DNA of 64,000 bases, taken from the IMG/VR virus record IMGVR_UViG_3300022555_000003, positions 128,001 to 192,000 of that record, one strand, 5' to 3'. The stretch is from a virus (lineage: Duplodnaviria > Caudoviricetes). Below, one piece after another: positions 1-9,680 of this stretch; position 1 is the first letter of the stretch, and each line of letters opens with the position of its first letter. A model generated the notes under the pieces. That model saw only the letters and a program-made list of their open reading frames with translations. It was not told the DNA's origin and did no database searches. The position numbers were made by a program, and so were the translations under genes.

Positions 1-86
1 CAAGTAAAGAAAGCATTCATAACTTTGTATCCTGAATTTAAATCATATACATGGAGACATGTAGGTCCTGGTTAATATAAAATAAT

Positions 87-305
87 ATGGAAAAATTAAC
101 GTTATTTGATCTAATCTCCAATGAAGTAATTTGGGATTCAAGTTACTGTTACTATTGTGAAAACGAAATTGAATTACCTGGCGATGATAACAATGAACTA
201 TTAATTAGAGTTTATCGTGGAGGTCATGATCACTTAATCTTTGTGGTATTCCACAAGTCGTGTTATGATAACTTCTTAAAAGTTTGTGGACCGTTATTTA
301 CTTAA
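87..305 (+). CDS. hypothetical protein with Cys/His motif
   Basis: 72 aa ORF with CYYC and HKSC; no family recognised. Confidence 0.5.
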   Translation: MEKLTLFDLISNEVIWDSSYCYYCENEIELPGDDNNELLIRVYRGGHDHLIFVVFHKSCYDNFLKVCGPLFT

Positions 306-308
306 TGG

Positions 309-316
309 GATAAATA
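309..316 (+). promoter_or_regulatory. T4-late-like promoter (GATAAATA)
   Basis: GATAAATA 5 nt before ATG 322; same octamer precedes several other genes; resembles T4 late TATAAATA. Confidence 0.6.
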
Positions 317-321
317 GTTAT

Positions 322-1026
322 ATGCGAATAAAAGAGCTATTAATGGAAGGTGGTAATGTATTTGATGGCACAACTCCATTTAACCACAACGTAATTCCAG
401 ATATTTTGAAGATTATTAATGGAGCCTTAAAGGAAACTGGAATCAAAGTTATTCCCGTTGGGTCTGGTGCAACTCCAACTCCAGGAAAAATTAGTAACGA
501 TCTAGACGCAATGGTAGACGAAGCTGATGTACTTGCTTATTTTAAAGCTGCTGATGCTAAAACTGGAAGGCAAGCATTAGGTAAATTCTTAAAAGCTAAA
601 AATTTAGACGTTACACTCAATGGTGTAAATGTCCACGTTAAAGTCCCAGTTGGTGATGAATTTCATCAAGTTGATTTAATGGTAGTTCCAAACGCAAGCA
701 AGATAGCAAAATTTCACACACATAAACTTCCAGCTAATAGTCCATTCAAAGGTGTTAACAAACAATTGATGTTGGCTATCTTAGCTAAAGAACATAACAT
801 GATGTGGTCGGCCTGGCAAGGACTTTTTTCAAGGAATGCTGAAGGTAAGAAAGACAAATTTTTAGGTAATGATATTGATCAAATTGCGAAGTTATTATTT
901 GGAAAAAATGCAACTGGTGCTAATTTAGATTCAGTTGAAAGTATTTTGAAGTCATTACCAAAAGATAAAGCAGACAGCTTATTAGCAAAATGTAGATTAG
1001 ATCCAAATTGGAAAGAAATCAAATGA
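322..1026 (+). CDS. Pol-beta superfamily nucleotidyltransferase-like protein with MxIxE leader
   Basis: VGSG...NDLD and later QVDLM motifs; start moved to MRIKELLMEGG just after the late promoter. Confidence 0.6.
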   Translation: MRIKELLMEGGNVFDGTTPFNHNVIPDILKIINGALKETGIKVIPVGSGATPTPGKISNDLDAMVDEADVLAYFKAADAKTGRQALGKFLKAKNLDVTLNGVNVHVKVPVGDEFHQVDLMVVPNASKIAKFHTHKLPANSPFKGVNKQLMLAILAKEHNMMWSAWQGLFSRNAEGKKDKFLGNDIDQIAKLLFGKNATGANLDSVESILKSLPKDKADSLLAKCRLDPNWKEIK

Positions 1027-1382
1027 AGCTAACTGAAATTAATCCGCCAGGAAAGATGTTAGAAAATTTCTTGAGCTTTGCTAAAGATAAGCTTAAACTA
1101 ACTAAGCTACCAAAAATACAATTTAAAGAAAAAGCAAAAGATGTTAACAGCTTTGGTTACTATGATGTTGGAACTGATTCAATTGTTATAGCAATCGAAA
1201 AACGCCACCCAATGGATATATTTAGAACACTTGCTCATGAATTAGTTCATCATACGCAACGTATGAATAATGAAATTAATAATAAGAGTGGGCAAACTGG
1301 TAGTCCACAAGAAAATGATGCAAATTCACTAGCTGGAGTGTTAATGCGTGAATTTTCTAAAAAGTATCCTGAATATATTTAA
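1023..1382 (+). CDS. zincin-like metallopeptidase with MxLxE leader
   Basis: TLAHELVHH (HExxH) plus downstream ENDANSLAG; starts MKLTEI overlapping the previous stop. Confidence 0.65.
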   Translation: MKLTEINPPGKMLENFLSFAKDKLKLTKLPKIQFKEKAKDVNSFGYYDVGTDSIVIAIEKRHPMDIFRTLAHELVHHTQRMNNEINNKSGQTGSPQENDANSLAGVLMREFSKKYPEYI

Positions 1383-2491
1383 CGTTTAGCTCTAGTTTTA
1401 ACTGGTTCTGGATTTTGTTGTTTACGTGCTGTCTTTGTGACACTTAGATCTTTTGGCTTACTTGGTGCGCCTGGTTCAGTAGCAATAGCTTTGCCAGCTT
1501 TTGCAGTTCCAACAATATCAATCTTAGGAGAAACGCTACCTTCTGGCCCCCACAATTGAATACTTTCAACTTTTACATTATTGATATTTTGTGTGTAATC
1601 ACTAAAACATAATGATGTTTGTGTAGTTGTTCTAATACATAACATCAGCTCAAAATTTGAATATGTTTTATAATTTTCAAATATAGCTACAGCCCAAGCT
1701 TTACGTAATTCAGGTTCAGAACCACTCATTATTTGTTTTCGTAATGTATCTGTTATGCTTGTATCTTTTACAAATTTAAAAGTTGATTTAACTATAACAT
1801 CTGCTACTTCAGCTTTTTGTTTTGATTTTGGTCCATAAGTATCGCGAACAGTTATCCATCGTGGACCAGTTAAACTTGCTTTTGATTCTTCAAGTTCAGC
1901 AAATAATTCAGGATAATTTTTTTCTAATGATCTAGATATGCTTGTCATATCAAGTTTAGCTTTTCTAGGATCACCCCATCTCCCACCAGACGTAATTGAA
2001 TCTTTTAGTTCAACATGTTTAGAATTGATAACTAAATCGCCACCACCCGATTTACTACCAATGCTTGTAATATTTGGACTAAGAACAGATAGTGCTAATT
2101 CACCAGGACCAATTCCTTGAGCAGTTATTACATTCAATTCATTAAATATTTTTAATGCAAACGGATCAGTAATTATATCACTTAAATTTTGAATTTTATT
2201 GAGAGTAAGTAATTTACTGATGTTGATGAACCCTTTTGAGTAATTATCAACAAATCTAGTCTTATCTTCTAAAGTTCCTTCAGTTTGTACTATTACCTTA
2301 CTTAGATGATTAAAAATCTTACTAGCATCAGGATCTGCTTTTAATATAGTAGACAACCTAGTAAGTAATGTTCCAGATTGCAAAGTAGAAGACACTTTTT
2401 TCAAAAGTGAAATATCTGTTTCTTTCTCTACACTTTGTTTGATATCTTTTTTTAGATCTGCTAAGTTTTCGTCAACTTCGAATATTCTCAT
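1379..2491 (-). CDS. hypothetical late protein with possible PD-(D/E)xK nuclease-like core
   Basis: GPGELAL...GGDLVINSKHVELKD resembles a D...ExK nuclease motif; MRIFEV leader; GATAAATA at 2497-2504. Confidence 0.45.
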   Translation of the reverse strand: MRIFEVDENLADLKKDIKQSVEKETDISLLKKVSSTLQSGTLLTRLSTILKADPDASKIFNHLSKVIVQTEGTLEDKTRFVDNYSKGFINISKLLTLNKIQNLSDIITDPFALKIFNELNVITAQGIGPGELALSVLSPNITSIGSKSGGGDLVINSKHVELKDSITSGGRWGDPRKAKLDMTSISRSLEKNYPELFAELEESKASLTGPRWITVRDTYGPKSKQKAEVADVIVKSTFKFVKDTSITDTLRKQIMSGSEPELRKAWAVAIFENYKTYSNFELMLCIRTTTQTSLCFSDYTQNINNVKVESIQLWGPEGSVSPKIDIVGTAKAGKAIATEPGAPSKPKDLSVTKTARKQQNPEPVKTRAKR

Positions 2492-2509
2492 ACAAGTATT
2501 TATCCAAAT

Positions 2510-3151
2510 TTACTTCTTCTTGCTATCTGTGTTATATGGATAATACGAAGAAATATTGTCAGCAATGCCAATTTTAACAGCTTCTTTAGCTTCTAAGAAT
2601 ACATCTGATGGTGGCAATAAGTGAGTTCTAATATCTTCTTCTGCTTTTAAGTTAGTACAATGTTTGATATGATTGATTAAACGTCTTTCAGTTCTTACCA
2701 TCTCTTCATTCATTGCAATTAGTTCGTGTGTTTTGCCAGATGTTCCCCAGCTAAATTGATGGCTAAGGATACTAGTATTTGGAGTTATTGTTCTGTGGCC
2801 TTTAACTCCAGCAATAAATGCAAATAATCCACAACTTGATATCGATCCAATCCCAACTGTATGAACCGGAATACTACTTCCTTTCATGACATCAATAAGA
2901 GCAAAACAAGCAGATAGGTCGCCACCTGTACTCATAATTACTAATGTTATATACTTTGGTGTTTTACCAAAGGTCTGTAAATTTTTTGATAAGATAAACT
3001 TTATCACTTTTGATACTGAATAAAAAGAAAATTCTTCTGAAAAAACATATATACCACTTTGATTTAAAATTGCGTCTGAATCTAAGTCTAATGAAATTTG
3101 ATTTTCAAAATATTCATCTTCTATGTTTGCTTCTACTCTGTTAGGCATCAT
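2510..3151 (-). CDS. clpP: ClpP-like protease subunit
   Basis: MSTGGD, GSISSCG (Ser), ILSHQ (His), DVFLEAKEAVKIGIAD (Asp). Confidence 0.9.
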   Translation of the reverse strand: MMPNRVEANIEDEYFENQISLDLDSDAILNQSGIYVFSEEFSFYSVSKVIKFILSKNLQTFGKTPKYITLVIMSTGGDLSACFALIDVMKGSSIPVHTVGIGSISSCGLFAFIAGVKGHRTITPNTSILSHQFSWGTSGKTHELIAMNEEMVRTERRLINHIKHCTNLKAEEDIRTHLLPPSDVFLEAKEAVKIGIADNISSYYPYNTDSKKK

Positions 3152-3153
3152 AA

Positions 3154-3546
3154 TTATTTAGCGGGAGAACACGTCAGACATAAAGTTATTACTCTTCCAA
3201 AATGGCGTTTCATTCCAGTACCGCCGCACATCTCGCAAGTTATTGCACTTTTATTTTCATATTCATAAATAGTATCAAAGAATTTCTTTTCGTGATTTGA
3301 TAATAAATTAAATGTTTTTTCTTCAGGTGATAAATTATTTATTTGATACTCTGTATAGAAACACAAGCTTCCAAACTTTTCTTTACATTGCTGTACGTTA
3401 CCGTTCCAACCTAACTCAAATAGCTTATTGCATAATTCTTTTACCAAAGGTTTCCACCCTTTACCAAATTGACAATGTGCAATAAATTCATCTACTGAAA
3501 GTTCTGTTACATCTTCATAAAAACCGTATATTATTTTGCGTTCCAT
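3154..3546 (-). CDS. conserved phage hypothetical protein with Zn-ribbon
   Basis: QCKEKFGSLCFY and CEMCG...CLTC. Confidence 0.65.
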   Translation of the reverse strand: MERKIIYGFYEDVTELSVDEFIAHCQFGKGWKPLVKELCNKLFELGWNGNVQQCKEKFGSLCFYTEYQINNLSPEEKTFNLLSNHEKKFFDTIYEYENKSAITCEMCGGTGMKRHFGRVITLCLTCSPAK

Positions 3547-3857
3547 TTAATTTTTTCGGACAAGTGATAGTAAATTTTCCCCTGTATGAATTCCATGTGA
3601 TGTCAAAAACCAAACTATAGCTGCTGTGACTAACATTGATAAAAGTATAACTACTGTTAAATCATTTATTAGCCAAAATAAATTTTCAGATTTCATAATA
3701 TTATTTATCATTTAATACTGAAAATATTTACACCACTTTGGTTTTATAAATACATTCTTTGAAAATTATAACACTATTGCGACTAATAGTAATAATGATA
3801 AAAGTATAATCATAGACAAATCACTAATAAGCCAAAACAATTTCATAATCTTATTTA

Positions 3858-4826
3858 TCAAATTTCTGTATATTCGACTTGTGGTAACGTACCAGAGAGA
3901 ATTGCATTACCACAAGTGATGCGTCCTAGATCTTCTTCTGCAGATGCGATAAATGTTAGCACTTCATATCCTGCTGATTTCAGAGCCTCTTCATGATGTA
4001 AGTACGGACGAAAGTCCGTATAGTCTCCATCAGTTTGGATATTGTTGTCCAATGCTGTTGTCGTCTTATGCATAGGAGTCAACTTGACTATGTAATAGTC
4101 TGGATCAAAGTATTTCAAAAGGACACTCGGATCAATCTCATATCCAGCCACAGCAAAATTTAATGTAATTTTTCTTCCAACAGGATTAGGTAGTCGATCC
4201 ATGATACGTGCAATGCCAGCTAACTCATGTGAGTTACCAGAAAACATTTGATCACGTTCGTAATCACTAGTGGAGTTAATAGACAACTGTAACCCTGCAT
4301 TCCCGCCATACATATCATTCTTAATGTGCATCCACTCTTTAAGAAAACCATGAAGTCTATTATTCTTCCACGGCATCATAGTTGACACAACTGGATGAAC
4401 ATTGAATTCAGGATTGAGCGAGTAATTGAATTGCTGAGCAGCTAGAATAACAGCCGGATTCCAAGTTGGCTCACCCATACGAGCAAAATGGATATTAAGA
4501 CGATCTGTCTGCTTGATTCCTGGATGAAGATCTTCTAGTGCTACAAATACTTGATTTACTAAATCATTAAATGTCGCATTCTTTCCGGGTCCAACTTTAG
4601 GTACATCACAAAATGTACAACCCATAGAACAACCATATTGAGTTGAAACAGTGACCACCCATTTTTTAGTTAGTGGTAAAATCTCACAATGTTTAACTGG
4701 CTTGTGTTGATTAAGATTTATATCTTGACCATAATCTCCCAACGAAAGGAACTCTAATTGTCCGAGATCTCCTTTAACTATGCAAATATCTCCAGTGGGT
4801 ACAGTTAATCGTCTTAAAATTTCCAT
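3858..4826 (-). CDS. RlmN/Cfr-family radical SAM protein (divergent)
   Basis: VSTQYGCSMGCTFC, RMGEP, LQLSINS and C-terminal ITCGNA. Confidence 0.85.
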   Translation of the reverse strand: MEILRRLTVPTGDICIVKGDLGQLEFLSLGDYGQDINLNQHKPVKHCEILPLTKKWVVTVSTQYGCSMGCTFCDVPKVGPGKNATFNDLVNQVFVALEDLHPGIKQTDRLNIHFARMGEPTWNPAVILAAQQFNYSLNPEFNVHPVVSTMMPWKNNRLHGFLKEWMHIKNDMYGGNAGLQLSINSTSDYERDQMFSGNSHELAGIARIMDRLPNPVGRKITLNFAVAGYEIDPSVLLKYFDPDYYIVKLTPMHKTTTALDNNIQTDGDYTDFRPYLHHEEALKSAGYEVLTFIASAEEDLGRITCGNAILSGTLPQVEYTEI

Positions 4827-4831
4827 AATAA

Positions 4832-5104
4832 TTAATGCTTCAAAAACATAGATGTATATTCAGTCTTAGAAAGTAGCAAGCAACGTTCTGCAATAGCGGA
4901 TATATTATCTTGTATTGTTGGATCTACATTATCCCAACTTTCATGCACCCAAGGATAATTCCCTAGATGAAATTTAATACAACGTTCTCGCGGGGTTAAC
5001 GAATCCCATAATTCAACAACAGTTGTTGCCTTAGTCGATTTCATTTCTTTCCTTTTGTAACTGTAACTTCTCTTTAATAAATTTTCGATTAAGCAGAATT
5101 TCAT
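4832..5104 (-). CDS. hypothetical protein
   Basis: ORF in operon orientation; true start uncertain. Confidence 0.45.
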   Translation of the reverse strand: MKFCLIENLLKRSYSYKRKEMKSTKATTVVELWDSLTPRERCIKFHLGNYPWVHESWDNVDPTIQDNISAIAERCLLLSKTEYTSMFLKH

Positions 5105-5176
5105 GTGCCATTACTTTTATTTCTGCTTCAGTTGCGAAGCCATTGAATCCAATGGCTTGCAAAGTAAAATTTGTGA

Positions 5177-6109
5177 TCATTTGCATTTGCAGGCCTCAAA
5201 GGAATCAAACACTGTTACATTCTTGCAGTTTTCTTTTGCCATAAATTTCATGTCAGCAGATGATCGAATTGAATCAGTAGTAAAAATTTGATTAAAATAC
5301 TTAAAAATAATCTCCATACCCTTAGAGAAAATTCCATGCGTTACATATAACCCCATGTATAAATTCCTCTGTCGCTTCCTAATAATATCTGCGATACCAA
5401 TAAAAGTACCGCCGCCATCACAAATATCATCAATGATCAAAACATTATCGTATAAGAATTCATTTGCTTCTGGAACATTGAAACCTTCAAACAATCCAGT
5501 TTCAGGATTTCTCTTCTTTGTTGCAAACAAGACCTGTACTGGCCACTGTCCACTATTGTAACCAATAGTCTCAGGAACTTCATATCGGCCCGCTGCGCCC
5601 TTGTCAGGAAACAATACAGTCAAACCTTTATTACCATAACCATTGTCCCAAGCCATTGAAACAAAATGTTTCATTGCACGTTTGATTAGTGGTTCTGCAG
5701 AAACATTAATAATGTTATCTTGGAAGATCAATGATGGATTATGAACATCAAGTGTAATAATATTATGGAAACCTGTTTCGCGCAACATACTGCAAACTAC
5801 ATCCAGTCCGCATGTATCGCCTTTTTTGAATCTCCTGTCAGCTCTGCTATAAGGCAAATAAGGAATATATAGTTTGTAATCTGTGTTGAATTCAATAACA
5901 GAATAAATTGCAGAATCTAAATGTAGTAATGTTACTAGTTCATCTGCTGTTCTTGCTTTTGATAACACATCAACTTGATCTGAACTTTCTAGTTCCTTAA
6001 CTCCAGCGTCTGTGAAACGAACTTGCATTTCGCCAGCTGGATAATAAAACTTTTCAAACCACCCACCAGGCACACAATCTGTTGTAATCGACATTGCCTT
6101 GTTATACAT
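5177..6109 (-). CDS. ribose-phosphate pyrophosphokinase-like protein (NARP1 Adps-like)
   Basis: YPAGEMQVR, PYLPYSRADRR, LDVHN, FPDKGA, IIDDICDGGGTF, VTHGIFSKG; adjacent to NAMPT-like gene. Confidence 0.9.
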   Translation of the reverse strand: MYNKAMSITTDCVPGGWFEKFYYPAGEMQVRFTDAGVKELESSDQVDVLSKARTADELVTLLHLDSAIYSVIEFNTDYKLYIPYLPYSRADRRFKKGDTCGLDVVCSMLRETGFHNIITLDVHNPSLIFQDNIINVSAEPLIKRAMKHFVSMAWDNGYGNKGLTVLFPDKGAAGRYEVPETIGYNSGQWPVQVLFATKKRNPETGLFEGFNVPEANEFLYDNVLIIDDICDGGGTFIGIADIIRKRQRNLYMGLYVTHGIFSKGMEIIFKYFNQIFTTDSIRSSADMKFMAKENCKNVTVFDSFEACKCK

Positions 6110-6110
6110 A

Positions 6111-7646
6111 TTAAAGTCCTTTCCTTACGCGATCCCGAATAACATCAAATGTTGGATCAATTTTTAAATTGCTGTCAATGAACACTTGCTCATACGCACA
6201 ATTTCGAAATTCTTCTTCAGTAACATTCTGGAGAAGCTCATAAGTTGGATTGTCGTCTGTAGACAGTGTAGTTCTGTATACAGCAAGAAGTCCACGATGT
6301 GAAAACTTTCCGCCGGAGTCAGTAACGGGCTTCTTAAAGATTGGAATAATCTTGCCGTCTTTTTCAATTGCGGTCGCCTTCATCGCATTACCAAATGTAT
6401 CACGTGTTACATATTCATATGTATATGATCCAACGCCTAATACTTGATTATATGGAGACAATCCTTGTTTAACAATACCACCTAAAATATTGTCTGCGCG
6501 TTCTTCTGTAATTGCATCACCATAAATCAAACCGCCCTTGTTGATTAATGGAAGTCTTCCAGTTGGATTAGGCACTGTTCCTAGAGCCCTTCGTAAACAT
6601 TCCATGGCACCTAAATAAGCAGGATGTTCAAAAGATTTATATTGATGATTCATTCCTTTGTAATCATCATTGCCTAGAATAATTTTTTCAGGATCTCCTG
6701 AGTCAGGACGGATAACAAGCTTACCGTCACGTGCAATAATTCGTTCTTTCAACTTGCAAATAATATCTGTCAGTACACTCCAGAGATCCCATGTATCAGA
6801 CACAACTGATAAAATTCCTTTTGGATATACTTTGAACAATAAACGTTCAAATGTTTCTAGTTCTCCTTCTTCGCCGCCTGCACACATAACAGAGTGTTCA
6901 GTTGCATTAACAGATCCACCACAATTAAGATTTGCACGATAATATTTTACTGCAGAAAGGATTGCAGGAAGTGTATCTGTACCTGAGAATGAAAGCAAAT
7001 GGCCCATCCCAGATAAACATGCATCTTCTACACCAGACATTCCACGAAAGCTAAAATCGTGACATTGCCAATCTACAAAACCAAAATCTAATTCTCCTGC
7101 TGCCCTGGCATGCTTCATACAAATCTCTCTGTATCGGCGTGCCTTTGTTGCAGACGTTGATGGCTTCCAAAGAATTGATGACATCAAAGATTCAATATAG
7201 TTTGTGACCCATGCAAAATCTTTGTGAGTGTTAACTACAATAATAGGAGGAATATTTAGTGGAACTTGGAATCCTTCTGGTAGAGACCAAATTTCAACTG
7301 GAAGATATTGCAATTGATGTAGTGCCCTGATATGGGAAGATTCTGTGAGACCAATTGTAGCACCCATTACCATTTCGTATTCAGCAATAACTTCTTCTTC
7401 AGGACGAGAAAAGAAATGTTTGTTGAATGCTTCAATCAAATACTTTTTTGCAAAGTACGTGAAACCAAAATTAACTACTTTTGTTACACCTGGAATTCGT
7501 GTAGAACGCGGAGTCCAGTTGCTAAACACTCTTGTAATACCATCTGGGTATTGAAAGATGTGACCTGCCTTATAAAAATCAATTAAAAACATCGGATTTT
7601 CGATGTCAAGTGTAAGTAGTAATTTTTCTAAATCTGTCGTAATCAT
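6111..7646 (-). CDS. nicotinamide phosphoribosyltransferase-like protein (NARP1 Namat-like)
   Basis: DFYKAGH, HDFSFRG, GTDT, ATEHSVMC, SVVSDTWD, IRPDSGDP, IYGDAIT, KKPVTDSGGKFSHRG. Confidence 0.93.
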   Translation of the reverse strand: MITTDLEKLLLTLDIENPMFLIDFYKAGHIFQYPDGITRVFSNWTPRSTRIPGVTKVVNFGFTYFAKKYLIEAFNKHFFSRPEEEVIAEYEMVMGATIGLTESSHIRALHQLQYLPVEIWSLPEGFQVPLNIPPIIVVNTHKDFAWVTNYIESLMSSILWKPSTSATKARRYREICMKHARAAGELDFGFVDWQCHDFSFRGMSGVEDACLSGMGHLLSFSGTDTLPAILSAVKYYRANLNCGGSVNATEHSVMCAGGEEGELETFERLLFKVYPKGILSVVSDTWDLWSVLTDIICKLKERIIARDGKLVIRPDSGDPEKIILGNDDYKGMNHQYKSFEHPAYLGAMECLRRALGTVPNPTGRLPLINKGGLIYGDAITEERADNILGGIVKQGLSPYNQVLGVGSYTYEYVTRDTFGNAMKATAIEKDGKIIPIFKKPVTDSGGKFSHRGLLAVYRTTLSTDDNPTYELLQNVTEEEFRNCAYEQVFIDSNLKIDPTFDVIRDRVRKGL

Positions 7647-8273
7647 TTTTTCCTTAAATTATGTGACTAACAGTTACATATATTCGATAATACACGAACC
7701 CAAATACAAACAAAGTAATGCAAATAGCTATGATATAATCCATTATTTGTTGTGTCTTGATAAAATTTTACATAATATCAATGCTGAAATTATTTATTAG
7801 TATACCAAAAATATTTCCCATATTTTCCGTTACTCAATCGCTAAAATAGTGATTCCATACTATGGCGGCAACAAGAACAAAAATTACACCCATTAAAAAC
7901 ATCTCGCGTGGACTGAAATCAAACATACTTCTCCTTAGCTAATAATACTAATAATCCTATTAATCGAAAGTAATACCATTCCTACTGTAAACAAGTCGCT
8001 CATTTTAGCATCTTTTACAGGAAGCGACCAAATCTGGGATTCATAAATTGTAGAAACTCCAAACAAAAAAGTATCACAACTAATAGGACAAATCCGTATG
8101 CTATATATTTAGAATTCATCACTTAACCTTTTTGTATTCCTCATTAACAATATTCATAACAATCTTGTATACTTTATACAACACTGGAATCATGATTATA
8201 ATTGAAATTGTTGCGCCAATTGCAGCACCAAAGATCATATTTCTCAGTAGATTTTCCATAATTTATTATCCTT

Positions 8274-8298
8274 AGGGGCTGTTAAATTAACAGCCCCT
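8274..8298 (-). terminator. hairpin terminator
   Basis: AGGGGCTGTT-AAATT-AACAGCCCCT inverted repeat just after the stop of 8312..8932. Confidence 0.65.
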
Positions 8299-8311
8299 TG
8301 GAACAAATTTA

Positions 8312-8932
8312 CTATACAGTTGGTTCAACTACAGCTGGAGCCTCAGCAACTGCCTGCTTCTTGCTGCGAGCAGCCATCGCCACATTCTTGTTGTCAAGTG
8401 CCACGCCGTTAATACCAAGCTCAGGATGATTGGTAAAATACGCAACAATCTCTGCCTTGGTCATCGGATTCGGAAGCTCAACAAGGTTAATGTCAGTGTG
8501 CTTGTCCTTCTCTAGAATCTTCACACGAGATACAAGATCGTTTGCGAACCGCATCTTCATTTCGCCCTTGCGCACACTGGATCCAGCAACAGTAAACGTC
8601 CGTTCATCTGTGTCTGTAACAACCTTCGGTGCCTTTACCTTCGGAACCTTTACAGCCTTGACCTTAACTTCCTTAACTGCCTTTACCTTCGGAACCTTTA
8701 CAGCCTTGACCTTAACTTCCTTAACTGCCTTTACCTTCGGAACCTTTACATCTGTAACAGTCTCCGGAACGCCAGCAGCCTTAACCTTCGCCTTAAGCTC
8801 AGCAAGCTTTTGGCTAACAATGTTTGCCTTACTCGGTGCCTTTACAACGGGCGTCTGTGCTACAACTTCAGGCATCGGATCTGCAATTGCAGCGAAAGCC
8901 ATCGTCATTTTCTTCAAGTTCATCTTCGACAT
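8312..8932 (-). CDS. Lys/Val-rich histone-H1-like protein with globular C-terminal domain
   Basis: VKVPKVKAVKEVKVKA repeats followed by FTVAG...MRFAND...HTDINLVELP..MTK. Confidence 0.7.
   Translation of the reverse strand: MSKMNLKKMTMAFAAIADPMPEVVAQTPVVKAPSKANIVSQKLAELKAKVKAAGVPETVTDVKVPKVKAVKEVKVKAVKVPKVKAVKEVKVKAVKVPKVKAPKVVTDTDERTFTVAGSSVRKGEMKMRFANDLVSRVKILEKDKHTDINLVELPNPMTKAEIVAYFTNHPELGINGVALDNKNVAMAARSKKQAVAEAPAVVEPTV
8631..8750. repeat. 48-bp tandem repeat (about 2.5 copies)
   Basis: GCCTTTACCTTCGGAACCTTTACAGCCTTGACCTTAACTTCCTTAACT repeated in-frame. Confidence 0.9.
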
Positions 8933-8975
8933 AGTGTATTTTTATTTTCCTTTTTGTGTATTCTACTACTCTTTA

Positions 8976-9004
8976 AGTATAGCAAATCTAATTCAATTTG
9001 TCTA
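8976..9004 (-). promoter_or_regulatory. class I sigma70-type promoter
   Basis: TAGACA-17-TATACT with TG extension followed by TAAAGAGTAG. Confidence 0.75.
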
Positions 9005-9187
9005 CCAATTCCATAAATTTATTTCTGTTGTGTCAACTCGTGTTCCTGTAATTTCCATCACTTCAACATTATTGCAATCAACTTTGTTCTTCCATGCCCA
9101 ATCACCAATTGCTGACAAGCACGAAAAAAGCTTAATTTGCTGTTCTCCTTGCTGTGGATCGTACATTACTAGATATCGTTTAATCAT
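9002..9187 (-). CDS. hypothetical protein
   Basis: 61 aa ORF between two copies of the class I promoter. Confidence 0.6.
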   Translation of the reverse strand: MIKRYLVMYDPQQGEQQIKLFSCLSAIGDWAWKNKVDCNNVEVMEITGTRVDTTEINLWNW

Positions 9188-9205
9188 TGTATTGTTTACT
9201 CTTTA

Positions 9206-9235
9206 ATTATAGCAGTTTGAATGAGCTGATGTCAA
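9206..9235 (-). promoter_or_regulatory. class I sigma70-type promoter
   Basis: TTGACA-18-TATAAT; identical core repeated at about 9432-9463. Confidence 0.85.
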
Positions 9236-9426
9236 CCAATATCTTCTTTGTTTTCACCAAATTTGTACATTCCATATTCTGATAATTGATCCCAAGTGGT
9301 AATATCACCGTTTTCGATCAAACATATAAGGCAATCGAATTCGCGTTGGGAACTTCGGGTCTTTTCAAAATATTCAATTCGATATTGATAACAAAAATCA
9401 ACAAGCTCGTCTTCAGTTGGATTCAT
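9232..9426 (-). CDS. hypothetical protein
   Basis: 64 aa ORF, ATG 6 nt after a -10 box. Confidence 0.6.
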   Translation of the reverse strand: MNPTEDELVDFCYQYRIEYFEKTRSSQREFDCLICLIENGDITTWDQLSEYGMYKFGENKEDIG

Positions 9427-9464
9427 ATTTTAATTATAGCAGTTTGAATGAGCTGATGTCAACA

Positions 9465-9680
9465 TTATATCTTCTTTGTTTTCACAGAGTTCACACATGA
9501 TAAATCCTGCATTTCAACATATCCATCTACTTTTATTGACGGATTTGTAATGCATGTCAACCACACATGATTGGCATCATCTGAATGGGTATGATCAATA
9601 ACAAAGAGGTGTCCTTTGTACGCATCATAATATGGAGCAAATGCGGGACCAAATACATGTGATTTAAATTTATATTTCAT
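9465..9680 (-). CDS. hypothetical protein
   Basis: 71 aa ORF directly after a class I promoter. Confidence 0.6.
   Translation of the reverse strand: MKYKFKSHVFGPAFAPYYDAYKGHLFVIDHTHSDDANHVWLTCITNPSIKVDGYVEMQDLSCVNSVKTKKI

Noticed and set aside
3858-4826. Cfr antibiotic-resistance gene
   Set aside because: Too divergent to separate Cfr from RlmN by eye, and a key cysteine is missing.
8430-9206. 258-aa plus-strand ORF and similar antisense ORFs (for example 28956..29228, 56575..56937, 58568..58996)
   Set aside because: Shadows of well-supported opposite-strand genes, open because of repeats or codon bias; no SD or motifs.
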